A DNA stretch of 54,512 nucleotides from a virus (taxonomy: Duplodnaviria; Caudoviricetes). The notes under the pieces were generated by a model. The model made no database searches. It saw only the letters and a list, made by a program, of their open reading frames with translations, and had not been told where the DNA came from. A program made the position numbers and the translations under genes. Where the stretch lies: the IMG/VR virus record IMGVR_UViG_3300021962_000134, positions 1 to 54,512 of that record. One strand, 5' to 3'. Of this stretch, positions 36,494-45,404 are shown in pieces; positions within the stretch are counted from its first letter, which is position 1; each line of letters opens with the position of its first letter.

Positions 36494-36731
36494 AGGTGGA
36501 AGCTCTCTGAATGCTGCTATTGATAAATACAGCAAGTCGTCTGGTATCTCCAAAGACAAACTCCGCAAAGTGGCAAAGCGTGGCATGGGAGCTTATTATT
36601 CTTCAGGTTCAAAACCAGGACAAACTCCAACGTCTTGGGCGATTGGTCGGGTGAGGTCTTTTGCTACTGGCAAAGGTGGTGCACGTAAAGCTGATGCAGA
36701 TTTGTTAAAAGGTAAAAAGAAAAATGGCTAA
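36438..36731 (+). CDS. Small basic protein, DUF5824-like
   Basis: SGI....L.KV..RG.GAY.SSGS.PGQTP.SWA.GRV.SF (family recalled, not searched). Confidence 0.65.
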   Translation: MSQKATKKPAKKEAKSSPKGGSSLNAAIDKYSKSSGISKDKLRKVAKRGMGAYYSSGSKPGQTPTSWAIGRVRSFATGKGGARKADADLLKGKKKNG

Positions 36732-36897
36732 AGGTGTGAAACATTTTTTTAAAGACGGCACTGAGTATAAAGGTGCTACTCATAAAGACGCAAAAGGCAA
36801 AATAATGTCTGGTGCTCGTCACACTCCCAACAGCAAGTATCTGTATCACATTGGAGATCTTTCAGACCGTGCCAAAACAAAAGCGAGGAAATCTTAA
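36724..36897 (+). CDS. 57-aa basic His-containing protein (not in the ORF track)
   Basis: MAKGVKHFFKDGTEYKGATHK...MSGARHT..SK.LYH; TAATG coupling to the next gene. Confidence 0.75.
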   Translation: MAKGVKHFFKDGTEYKGATHKDAKGKIMSGARHTPNSKYLYHIGDLSDRAKTKARKS

Positions 36898-37154
36898 TGG
36901 CGACGTACAAAGGAAAAAAAGTTACCTTGAACAAGCCACGCAGGATTGGAAAAGGCGAAACCAGTTACGGGAAAAAGAAGTCTGTCGTTTATGTTCAGGA
37001 TGGCGACCGAGTGAAGCGGGTAACTTTCGGCGACCCAAACATGACGATTAAAAAGAATCAACCAGGACGCAGATCTAATTTCCGATCTCGTCACAATTGC
37101 GATAATCCAGGACCAAAGACAAAAGCTCGGTACTGGTCATGTAAGGCTTGGTGA
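36897..37154 (+). CDS. Small basic protein with RHxC...YWSC motif
   Basis: V.FGDPNM.IK...RR..FR.RH.CD...ARYWSC..W. Confidence 0.8.
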   Translation: MATYKGKKVTLNKPRRIGKGETSYGKKKSVVYVQDGDRVKRVTFGDPNMTIKKNQPGRRSNFRSRHNCDNPGPKTKARYWSCKAW

Positions 37155-37155
37155 T

Positions 37156-37350
37156 ATGGCAGAAAAGACCGCTATTAAAAAAGTTGCTGCAGCTGAGATC
37201 CGTGCAGCGAAAAGTTTCCTCGAACGTCGAGGCATCACAACCGAAGAAGTGAGTCCGAAGAAATTTGCCAAAGCTGCAAAAGAACTCGACAAAGGTTTTA
37301 AGGAAACTCTGGAAATTCTAGTGCGCGAGCTGTCAGGAGGCCAGGTCTGA
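37156..37350 (+). CDS. Hypothetical protein
   Basis: 64 aa, helical, coupled to the next gene. Confidence 0.7.
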   Translation: MAEKTAIKKVAAAEIRAAKSFLERRGITTEEVSPKKFAKAAKELDKGFKETLEILVRELSGGQV

Positions 37351-37811
37351 TGGAGATGCGCGAGTTTTTAATGTCGTTGAGTGATAAAGTTGCTGCAGCT
37401 CGTGAAGGCAGAGATATGATTGACGAGCGTGCTATGCGCGAGATGCCAGAAGTTCGCCCAATCGACTTGGGTGCTTTTTCTTTTATCCCAGACATCAGCA
37501 TTAGTGGTGGTCGAACCACGAGCATGGGTGGTGAAGAAGGAAACACCAGATTTGTAGAAAATGAAGGTGGTGGCAGGATTGGTGGCAATGTTATTTTGCC
37601 AAGCGGAACCAGCTTTGGTGGTGGGGTGTCAGGTAATTATTACCGAGGCAAGGAAAGCAGTCCGTACCACACCGCTAAGTACGGTCCAGGGGGATCTGTC
37701 GAGGAATACGATGCTTATATGAATTTGCCAAGCGGATTGGGAGCCAACGCGACATACAACCCTAACACAGACGATTATTCAATAATGGCTAGGTACACGA
37801 AAGAATTTTAA
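37350..37811 (+). CDS. Hypothetical protein with amphipathic beta strands and terminal Phe
   Basis: AGGAGG RBS; ends YSIMARYTKEF. Confidence 0.7.
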   Translation: MEMREFLMSLSDKVAAAREGRDMIDERAMREMPEVRPIDLGAFSFIPDISISGGRTTSMGGEEGNTRFVENEGGGRIGGNVILPSGTSFGGGVSGNYYRGKESSPYHTAKYGPGGSVEEYDAYMNLPSGLGANATYNPNTDDYSIMARYTKEF

Positions 37812-38219
37812 ATGGCTGAGAGGGCAAAAGTTCCATCCATAGATAGTTACGGGGAAATGAAAAGTTTCGACCCGACTTACAGGATGAAAACAAGAGATGT
37901 TATCAGTGATTATTTACAAAGCCTTGGTCTGGCTTCGACGCCACAAACAGCTAGAGACATGGCTGAGGGGTTTACCGGATCACCCAATCCTGCCACCAGT
38001 TATGTTGATTCTCTTGGGGTGCTTGATTTTACTCCTGTGGGTTTGGGCTTCGGAGCTGAAGAGGTGAAGCGCGAGTTGAAATCAGCAGAAACACCTGTTG
38101 ATTATGCAGTTGCAGGTGCTGGTGCTATTTTAACAGGTCTAGAGGCTTATCCATTAACCAAAACGATTGCCAGACCTGTGAAGAAATTTTTAAGTAGCCT
38201 CAATGATAAAATTAAATAA
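37812..38219 (+). CDS. Hypothetical protein
   Basis: G.LDFTP.G motif; 135 aa. Confidence 0.7.
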   Translation: MAERAKVPSIDSYGEMKSFDPTYRMKTRDVISDYLQSLGLASTPQTARDMAEGFTGSPNPATSYVDSLGVLDFTPVGLGFGAEEVKRELKSAETPVDYAVAGAGAILTGLEAYPLTKTIARPVKKFLSSLNDKIK

Positions 38220-38246
38220 CTCCGGTCATTAAAGAGGGATAATCAT

Positions 38247-39149
38247 ATGGCAGGTGGCGCAAAATTAGCAAAGGCAGTCGTAGATAAAATCTCTGATCTG
38301 CTGACGATGTCTAACAGAAACTTTAAGAAAAAGCAAGCAGCTGCGAGACCAGACGAACGTATTGATACGTCTCCTATGGGAAACAGACCTGATAAAGAAA
38401 CTTTGGATGAAGAGTCGAGAGAGATTGGGGCTCAGATAAATGCATTGCTCAAAGAACCTGTTTGGGAGTCTGACCGCAGTTTCAGAACGTTTGATCCAGA
38501 CACAATCATGAGCTCAGCAAGAAGAGCTCAAAAACCAGAAGATCATCCATACCAGAACATTCAAGACATGCAATGGGTTTTGTCCACTCCGGAGACTCAC
38601 CGCAAATTAAATCCACCTCTTTATTCAGACAATCCAGACTACGAGATTAATGTTCTAGGGACAGACCCGTTTGAAGTTTCAAGCGACAAAGCTAAAGTAG
38701 ACTATTATCGTCGAGCTTATAAAGAACGACTTCCAGAAGATTATCGATTTAACAGAACAACAAAAGATGTTTACACCGGATGGAAACAAATACCAATGAT
38801 GGTTGCGAGGTACGACCCAGATCAAGGTGCAATATTCATCAAAGGTCATGAAGGTCGTCATTTCAGCAGAGCTCTCGAGGCGGAAGGTCAAGGTAGATCG
38901 AATTACCTCACAGAAATATATAAAATGGATCCGGAGAATTTTCCAGATTTGAAAACTCTAGACCCAAACACACCTATTTACAGCGACAGAGGCAGACTTA
39001 CGAGAGACGAGAGTGGTAATTTAAAATTCGGTGAACCAGAAAAAGTTGGAACACTCGGAGAGTTATGGAAAGTTATTTACGGAGTCGGTGGTGTTGGAGC
39101 TCTACAGAATCTTGGTTCATATGAAGAAACAGTTCAGGTGATGCCATGA
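38247..39149 (+). CDS. Protein with a ParB/Srx-like motif
   Basis: IPMM...I.GHEGRHFSRAL resembles the GxHR motif of ParB-N folds. Confidence 0.45.
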   Translation: MAGGAKLAKAVVDKISDLLTMSNRNFKKKQAAARPDERIDTSPMGNRPDKETLDEESREIGAQINALLKEPVWESDRSFRTFDPDTIMSSARRAQKPEDHPYQNIQDMQWVLSTPETHRKLNPPLYSDNPDYEINVLGTDPFEVSSDKAKVDYYRRAYKERLPEDYRFNRTTKDVYTGWKQIPMMVARYDPDQGAIFIKGHEGRHFSRALEAEGQGRSNYLTEIYKMDPENFPDLKTLDPNTPIYSDRGRLTRDESGNLKFGEPEKVGTLGELWKVIYGVGGVGALQNLGSYEETVQVMP

Positions 39150-39193
39150 TTAACAGAAGTGCAGTCTCATCTTTAATTTCTAAAGGAGGTCTT

Positions 39194-39334
39194 ATGAAAA
39201 AGCAAAAGTACAAGGACAAGAAAGACGAGTCCATGGGTATGAAGAATGGCAAAGAAAGCACCAAGAAAGCCAGCATGAAAACCAGACGCAAGCAAAGCTA
39301 CGGCATGAAACGAGCCATGGGCAAAAAAAGCTAA
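39194..39334 (+). CDS. 46-aa highly basic protein
   Basis: AAGGAGG RBS; MKKQKYKDKKDESMGMK... Confidence 0.7.
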   Translation: MKKQKYKDKKDESMGMKNGKESTKKASMKTRRKQSYGMKRAMGKKS

Positions 39335-39412
39335 TGTCTGAGGAAGAACAAAACGTCGTAAATGTTTTTGTAACAGGGGTTTCGATGAAAGGAAAGTCGA
39401 AGCTGAATAAAG

Positions 39413-39610
39413 ATGACAGTGACAGACCTACTGAAGAAAATCAAAAGCAACCTGAAGAACGAAAAGACGGCGATAGCGAATGATATGGTTGAAGGTCGCA
39501 TGAGCGACTTTCAATCGTATTCTCGAAACGTTGGTTATGCAGAAGGGCTTGAAAAAGCCTGTGAGCTGATCGACGAAACTTTAAAACAACTAGACGAAGA
39601 GGATGATTAA
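39413..39610 (+). CDS. Hypothetical protein preceding groES
   Basis: G...DF..Y...VG...GL pattern. Confidence 0.7.
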   Translation: MTVTDLLKKIKSNLKNEKTAIANDMVEGRMSDFQSYSRNVGYAEGLEKACELIDETLKQLDEEDD

Positions 39611-39613
39611 CAC

Positions 39614-39991
39614 ATGTCTCATCAGCATGAAGAAACGCAGTTGGAAGCAACTGAATATCCCAAACCAATGGGATGGAAAGTTCTAGTCAAACCAAACGAA
39701 GTCAAGAAAACGACCAAGGGTGGCATTATTCTTTCAAACACCAGTCAGGAGAATGAAGAATATTTGACCGCCCATGGGCATATTCTGGCGATGGGAGATT
39801 TGGCTTATCGAGACCGAGATTCTGGTCAGTCATGGAAAGGCTCATGGCCCAGTGTCGGTAACCGAGTTACCTACGGCAAATACGCCGGACAGAAGCTCGT
39901 AATTAACGGGGTTAAACTCTTGCTACTGAATGACGACGAAGTGACGTCGATTCTGCCAGATGGTGCGAGCATAACTTCATATGTCGAATAG
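39614..39991 (+). CDS. groES: Co-chaperonin GroES
   Basis: P.GWKVLV, TKGGIIL, G..V..GKYAG, LLNDDEV. Confidence 0.9.
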   Translation: MSHQHEETQLEATEYPKPMGWKVLVKPNEVKKTTKGGIILSNTSQENEEYLTAHGHILAMGDLAYRDRDSGQSWKGSWPSVGNRVTYGKYAGQKLVINGVKLLLLNDDEVTSILPDGASITSYVE

Positions 39992-40017
39992 GCGACGAAC
40001 CATGGAGGACGCCAACC

Positions 40018-40959
40018 ATGTCACAAGATGATATTTTAGCAGAAATAGAAGCAGAAATCGGCAGGACCAAGCAGAAATCTGGTGTTGATTCCGACGAGCC
40101 TCTGGAAATAGAGATCGAGGACGAACCAGAAGAGCAAAAAGCTAAACTCAAAGCTGATAAACAACCAAAAGTCGACAAAGAAGAAGATTCCGACGACGAT
40201 GAAGAGGAAGTTTACAGCAAAAAGGTTCAAAACAGGATTAAAAAGCTCGTTGATCAGCGACGACAAGCCGAGTTGCAAACTCGTCAATATCAAGAGCAAA
40301 TGTCTCAGCTTCAGGCAAGATTAGATCGTCTGGAGAAAGGGAACACGAGTCGAGCCGAGCAAGACTTCCAGACCCGTTACAACCAGACCCGCATGGCTTT
40401 AACAAAGGCTGTTGAGGAAGGTGACACCGAAGCACAGGTCAGTTTTCAAGAGCAACTGGCAGATATGCGTGCAGCAATGCGTATCGCCGAGATGCAAAAG
40501 CAACAGCAGCAAAGTCAGGCAATTTCACCAACGGTTGGTCGGGCACAACAAGCTGCAAAAGCACCACCACCACGTTTAGCGATGCAATGGTGGGAGCGTA
40601 ACAATTGGTTTAACAGCAAGGGTTTTGAGCGAGAAACCAACGCGGCAAGAGCCATAGATGTTCAATTGGACATTGAAGGCTTTGATAAAGAATCTGATGA
40701 ATATTATAAAACATTAGATAGACGTTTACGAAAAATGTTTCCGGAGTTAAACTCATCGGAAGAATTTGAAGAACCAAGTAAACCGAAGGAAAAAAGCAGA
40801 GCACCAGTCGCCCCAACTGCTGGCGGTTCGACGGCTTACAAAGGAAATCGAGTTCGGATGTCTCAGGATCAGTTAAGGATGGCGAGGGAACTTGGTATTC
40901 GTGATGAAAAAAGTCTGAAGCTATATGCGGATGAAATACGAAAACAGAACAGGAGCTAA
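40018..40959 (+). CDS. Capsid scaffolding protein
   Basis: Acidic N-terminus, YS.KVQ.RI.KL coiled coil, W..RN.WF, A..LG....YA end; upstream of the capsid genes. Confidence 0.75.
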   Translation: MSQDDILAEIEAEIGRTKQKSGVDSDEPLEIEIEDEPEEQKAKLKADKQPKVDKEEDSDDDEEEVYSKKVQNRIKKLVDQRRQAELQTRQYQEQMSQLQARLDRLEKGNTSRAEQDFQTRYNQTRMALTKAVEEGDTEAQVSFQEQLADMRAAMRIAEMQKQQQQSQAISPTVGRAQQAAKAPPPRLAMQWWERNNWFNSKGFERETNAARAIDVQLDIEGFDKESDEYYKTLDRRLRKMFPELNSSEEFEEPSKPKEKSRAPVAPTAGGSTAYKGNRVRMSQDQLRMARELGIRDEKSLKLYADEIRKQNRS

Positions 40960-40961
40960 TC

Positions 40962-41447
40962 ATGGCTGATAATAGAAATGTAAGAGCAAACGAAACTCGA
41001 TCAGGCAAACGTGCTGAAGAGGCTAGGCCAGAAACAGCATGGAAACCACCATCAGTGTTGGACGCACCCGAACCCAGACCTGGGATGGTTCAACGCTGGA
41101 TAGCTACCTCGATTCAGGGTAGGGATAATCCAGACAACGTGTACAAACGTATGCGAGCTGGCTGGAACCCTCGCCCTGCTGACACAGTGAAAGATAAGAG
41201 ATACCCAACTATCAATCATGGGCAGTGGGCAGGTTCAATAGGAATAGAAGGTATGTTGCTTTGCGAGATGCCGGAAGACAAGTACAACGCGATGAAAGAC
41301 TACTACCGTGGTCGTAACGTCGAGCAGAACGAGTCGATTCCAGGAGAACTTGATGCGATGGCAAGATCTGGGGGCATTCCTATTCAACAAGATAGGAAAT
41401 CAACAAGTAGTCGTGGTCGGGATTTAACCGTCATGACTGATGATTAA
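40962..41447 (+). CDS. Conserved head-module protein
   Basis: WKPPS.LDAP.P.PG...RW, GW.P, G.LLC.MP. Confidence 0.7.
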   Translation: MADNRNVRANETRSGKRAEEARPETAWKPPSVLDAPEPRPGMVQRWIATSIQGRDNPDNVYKRMRAGWNPRPADTVKDKRYPTINHGQWAGSIGIEGMLLCEMPEDKYNAMKDYYRGRNVEQNESIPGELDAMARSGGIPIQQDRKSTSSRGRDLTVMTDD

Positions 41448-41470
41448 CTGCTTTAAAGGAGTAGCGAAAA

Positions 41471-42022
41471 ATGGCTAATGCAGATGCAGCCTTTGGGTTC
41501 GTCCCAGTTCGCCACATGAGCGGTAATGCACCTCGTGCTAATAAATACACCATTACTTCAGGTTTAGCTGAAAACATTTTCACTGGTGATGCGGTCATTT
41601 TGACTTCAGACGGTGTTCTTAATGTTGCAGCTGCAACTGAAACAAATATTGTTGGTGTATTCGCAGGAGTTTCATACACTGCAAGTGATGGCTCTTATGT
41701 TTATAGTCAATACTGGCCAAGCGGCACTACTGCTACAGATATCGTGGCTTATGTTTACGATGATCCGTACACAGTGTTCAAAGTTCAATCAGCTGGCTCT
41801 CCAGCCCAAACCAATATCGGCAACTGTGCTGATATCGTAGTTGGGTCTGGTTCAACCAATACTGGTCAATCAGGTATGGAAATTTCCGGTACCATGGCAG
41901 CGACCGCAGCACAAACAAAGATTCTGGCTCTTTATGATGCACCAGAAAATGCGTTTGGCGCGAATGCAGTTATGGAAGTGCTCATCAATGAGCATATCTG
42001 GAAAGATTCAGCTGGTATTTAA
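41471..42022 (+). CDS. Capsid decoration/minor head protein
   Basis: MAN.DA.FG..P, IF.GD.V, GVF.G, V.DDP; directly before the MCP. Confidence 0.65.
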   Translation: MANADAAFGFVPVRHMSGNAPRANKYTITSGLAENIFTGDAVILTSDGVLNVAAATETNIVGVFAGVSYTASDGSYVYSQYWPSGTTATDIVAYVYDDPYTVFKVQSAGSPAQTNIGNCADIVVGSGSTNTGQSGMEISGTMAATAAQTKILALYDAPENAFGANAVMEVLINEHIWKDSAGI

Positions 42023-42035
42023 GGAGGATTGAAAA

Positions 42036-42944
42036 ATGGCAATGAATAGAGCGCAATTTGCGAAAATGCTCGAGCCAGGACTCAACACCCTCTTTGGCTT
42101 AGAGTACGACCAATACCCACCTGAGTGGTCTCCAGTTTTCTCAACAAGTTCTTCTCAAAAAGCATTTGAAGAAGACGTATTGTTGGAAGGCTTCGGAAAT
42201 GCTCCGGTAAAAGCAGAAGGTGCTGCGATCTCTTACGATTCAGCATCACAGCAATGGACAGCTCGCTACCAGCACGAGACCATCGCTTTGGCATTCAGTA
42301 TCACTGAAGAAGCCGAGGAAGATGGACTTTATGGCTCGATAGCAGCTCGTTACACCAAAGCACTAGCTCGCTCAATGGCTTCCACTAAGGAAATCAAAGC
42401 AGCAAACGTATTGAACAATGCGTTCAGTGGTTCAGGTGTAACTGGTGGTGATGGAGTTACCTTGTGTAACACCGCTCACCCAACCAGAGCTGGCAACCAG
42501 TCGAACACACTTTCGACTGCTGCTGACCTTTCTGAGACTTCGCTTGAGCAAATTCTCATCAACATCGCTGATATGAAAGATGATCGCGGTCTGAGAATTG
42601 CAGCACAGGGCAAGATGTTGGTTATCCCAACTGCTTATACCTTTGTTGCAGAGCGTTTGCTTGAGTCACAGTTGAGAGTTGGAACAGCTGACAACGACAT
42701 CAACGCGATTCGCGCTGGCGGTTACTTGCCACAGGGCTATCACGTTATGCGTCGTCTGACCGATTCAGATGCATGGTTCGTTATGACCGATGTGCCTGAT
42801 GGTCTGAAGCACTTCCAGCGTTCACCGCTCAAGAAGGGCATGGAAGGCGATTTTGAAACTGGCAACGTCCGCTACAAAGTACGCGAGCGATATTCGTTCG
42901 GGTTTACTGACTGGCGCGGTGTGTTTGGTTCCGAAGGAGCTTAA
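42036..42944 (+). CDS. Major capsid protein (HK97 fold, Mu gpT-like)
   Basis: LEPGLN.LFG.EY, HETIAL.F.ITEEA.ED, RYTKALARSM, GDFETGN.RYK.RERYSFG. Confidence 0.92.
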   Translation: MAMNRAQFAKMLEPGLNTLFGLEYDQYPPEWSPVFSTSSSQKAFEEDVLLEGFGNAPVKAEGAAISYDSASQQWTARYQHETIALAFSITEEAEEDGLYGSIAARYTKALARSMASTKEIKAANVLNNAFSGSGVTGGDGVTLCNTAHPTRAGNQSNTLSTAADLSETSLEQILINIADMKDDRGLRIAAQGKMLVIPTAYTFVAERLLESQLRVGTADNDINAIRAGGYLPQGYHVMRRLTDSDAWFVMTDVPDGLKHFQRSPLKKGMEGDFETGNVRYKVRERYSFGFTDWRGVFGSEGA

Positions 42945-42957
42945 CCAAAAGCGAATG

Positions 42958-42983
42958 GGGGAGGGCTTGCTCTCCCCTTTCTT
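42958..42983 (+). terminator. Rho-independent terminator after the MCP gene
   Basis: GGGGAGGG-CTTG-CTCTCCCC, then TTTCTT. Confidence 0.75.
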
Positions 42984-43029
42984 GAATCCTGACTGCTTCG
43001 GCAGACATTAGCCACGACAGGAGAACATT

Positions 43030-43485
43030 ATGGCTACTACTACTTTTTCCGGACCAATTAAGGCTGGAACCATTAAAGATACCACTGGTACTACGCTTGG
43101 CACTAACGTTGCTAACGTAGGTTATGTTGTGATGGCGCAATCTGCTGCGATTACTCAAAGCACAACTGCTGCTGGCACAGGAATTATTATTCCAGCAAAC
43201 TCACAGATTCTCGAGATAACAGTTTTTGTAACGACTGCATTCGACAACTCTGCGACTCTCAGCATCGGAACAACATCATCTTCAAACGAGTTGGCAACAG
43301 GTGTTGCAGTTTCAACAGGTAACACAATCAAGCTCGCATCTCAGGCTACAATCCCTGACGCAGATGCTTGGGAAGATGTTGGAACAACAGACGTAGAGAT
43401 TTATGTTGACTCAAGTGCTACTACCGCAGACGCAGGGGTTGCTACTCTGACTGTTACTTACATTCAAAACAATAACCTCGCATAA
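43030..43485 (+). CDS. Virion structural protein
   Basis: MATTTFSGPIKAG start; Thr-rich; IPANSQI; ends VTY.Q. Confidence 0.7.
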   Translation: MATTTFSGPIKAGTIKDTTGTTLGTNVANVGYVVMAQSAAITQSTTAAGTGIIIPANSQILEITVFVTTAFDNSATLSIGTTSSSNELATGVAVSTGNTIKLASQATIPDADAWEDVGTTDVEIYVDSSATTADAGVATLTVTYIQNNNLA

Positions 43486-43499
43486 TAGGAGGGTGAATT

Positions 43500-43913
43500 A
43501 TGGCTGATATCGTTAATTCAACAACGATAGCCGATAACCCTCGTGAGGCTGTGTTTTCTTTTCAATACCAGTATGTAGATACGGGTAACGAAAGTGCGGT
43601 CACTAAGATCGATGTGTCTTCGTTAGTACCTAGTTCTAACGGGGACACATGCACAGGTGTCAGAATACTTGAGTGTTGGTGGATTATTGAGGGTTTGACG
43701 GTTGAGGTGTTGGCAGATGCCACCACTGACGTAATCATCATGCACCTTGCTGAAAGCCAACAGGGTTACCACAATTTTGAGAAGTTCGGTGGTCTTCCTT
43801 CAAGTTCCTCTTACGGCACAAGCCCAACTGGTGACATTAAATTCACCACGACAGGTTCAACTGCTGCTGGAGACGCTTATCAAGTAGTTCTGAGGGTGGC
43901 TAAAGAGTATTAA
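43500..43913 (+). CDS. Virion structural protein
   Basis: GNES.V.KIDVS.L, FGG, TGDI.FTT. Confidence 0.7.
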   Translation: MADIVNSTTIADNPREAVFSFQYQYVDTGNESAVTKIDVSSLVPSSNGDTCTGVRILECWWIIEGLTVEVLADATTDVIIMHLAESQQGYHNFEKFGGLPSSSSYGTSPTGDIKFTTTGSTAAGDAYQVVLRVAKEY

Positions 43914-43928
43914 CAAGGAGAAAATCAA

Positions 43929-44723
43929 ATGGCTCAAGTTTCTTCCATAAGTCGCGTCGGGACAACGGAGCCATTTGAACTCCAAATATCTCGCGGTCAA
44001 ATACCTTTTCATAAAACTGTTTTTAAGTTTGGTTACAACGCTGTTGTTGGATCCACTAAGGAAACTATTTGGGAACAAGGTGGTTTATACGCTTATCCCG
44101 CATCAGCCACAGTAATGACTGTATCAAGCAGTTCAACTGACGACACTGCCGCAGGAACTGGTGCGAGAACAGTAGAAGTTTTTGGTCTAGACGCCGATTA
44201 CAACGAAATAAACGAAGTTGTCATATTAAACGGACAAACGGCTGTTAATACGACAAAGTCTTACTTGCGTATAAATCGCGGCATTGTTCGCAGTGCAGGT
44301 AGTGGTGGCGCAAACGCTGGAACAATTTACGCAGGAACAGGCACAGTGACCGCTGGAGTTCCAGCTAATATTTACTTGAGCATAAATGGTGATGGCGACA
44401 ACCAAACATTGATGGCTCTTTGGACAGTTCCCGCAGGATATACAGCGTTCCTTACAAAGATGTCTTTGTCCACAGGCACATCTACCAACACCAAAGCTCT
44501 TTTAAATGCTAGTCTTGTTGCTAGGCCATATGGGGAAGTGTTTCAAATAAAAGAAAGATTTACTCTTACAGATGGCGCACACGAACAGTTTTATACTTTT
44601 CCATTAAGGTTCACAGAAAAAACAGACTTGGAAATGAGAGCATTTTCTTCTTCAGGCTCAGTTGACTTCAATGTCTCCGCATCAATGGAGTTTGTTTACA
44701 TAAAAAATGATGGAGTGACATAA
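43929..44723 (+). CDS. Virion structural protein
   Basis: KFGYN, ETIW, D...GTGARTV...GLD, YLRINR, TVPAG, EKTD. Confidence 0.7.
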   Translation: MAQVSSISRVGTTEPFELQISRGQIPFHKTVFKFGYNAVVGSTKETIWEQGGLYAYPASATVMTVSSSSTDDTAAGTGARTVEVFGLDADYNEINEVVILNGQTAVNTTKSYLRINRGIVRSAGSGGANAGTIYAGTGTVTAGVPANIYLSINGDGDNQTLMALWTVPAGYTAFLTKMSLSTGTSTNTKALLNASLVARPYGEVFQIKERFTLTDGAHEQFYTFPLRFTEKTDLEMRAFSSSGSVDFNVSASMEFVYIKNDGVT

Positions 44724-45403
44724 TGGCTACTTCAGGAACAGTTGCGTTTCGACCAGATATTGAAGAGATCATCGCCGAAGCGTTTGAACGCTGTGGTATG
44801 GATTCTCAGGTATTGACCGGATACCAAGCTCTTGCAGCTCGCAGGAGTCTTAACCTTTTGTTCAGTGAATGGGCAAACAGGGGCATAAATTACTGGGCGG
44901 TGCAAAATAACACATTGCCTTTGGTTAATGGGACGACAACTTACACATTACCAGCAGGAACAATCGATTTAATTGACGTAGTTGTGCGCCAAACCACCGG
45001 AGCGACTACGACTGATACTGTTGTTGAGCGGATCAGCATTGAGGAATACAACCAGTTGCCAGATAAAAGCTCTTCTGGGCTTCCGACGCAATATATGCTC
45101 AATAAACAGTACACACCAGTCATGTATTTGTGGCAAGTGCCTGATAGTAGCAGTTACAGCCTCATTTATTGGTCGATTAACCAGCTCGAAGACGTAACCG
45201 CAAGTAATCAGGACGCAGATATACCTTATAGATGGTCAGATTGCATTTGTGCAGGGTTGGCAAGCAAGCTGGCCTTAAAATATCAGCCTGAAAGGTTCGC
45301 CGTACTGAATCAAGTGTACGAAAAAGCGTTTGAGTACGCTGCCGACACTGATAATGATGGCGTAACCATGAGGATCAGACCAACAGGGTTAAACTTGTAC
45401 TGA
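44723..45403 (+). CDS. Head-tail adaptor / tail tubular A-like protein
   Basis: EAFERCG, ARRSLNLLF.EWANRG.N.W, G.P.QY, D.P.R. Confidence 0.7.
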   Translation: MATSGTVAFRPDIEEIIAEAFERCGMDSQVLTGYQALAARRSLNLLFSEWANRGINYWAVQNNTLPLVNGTTTYTLPAGTIDLIDVVVRQTTGATTTDTVVERISIEEYNQLPDKSSSGLPTQYMLNKQYTPVMYLWQVPDSSSYSLIYWSINQLEDVTASNQDADIPYRWSDCICAGLASKLALKYQPERFAVLNQVYEKAFEYAADTDNDGVTMRIRPTGLNLY

Positions 45404-45404
45404 G

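Noticed and set aside
39334-39483. 49-aa ORF MSEEEQNVVNVFVTGVSMKG...
   Set aside because: The TAATG coupling is plausible, but it overlaps ORF 39413 by about 70 nt and has no recognisable motif; left uncalled.
39614-39991. GroES as a novel auxiliary gene
   Set aside because: GroES-like co-chaperonins are common in phage head modules.
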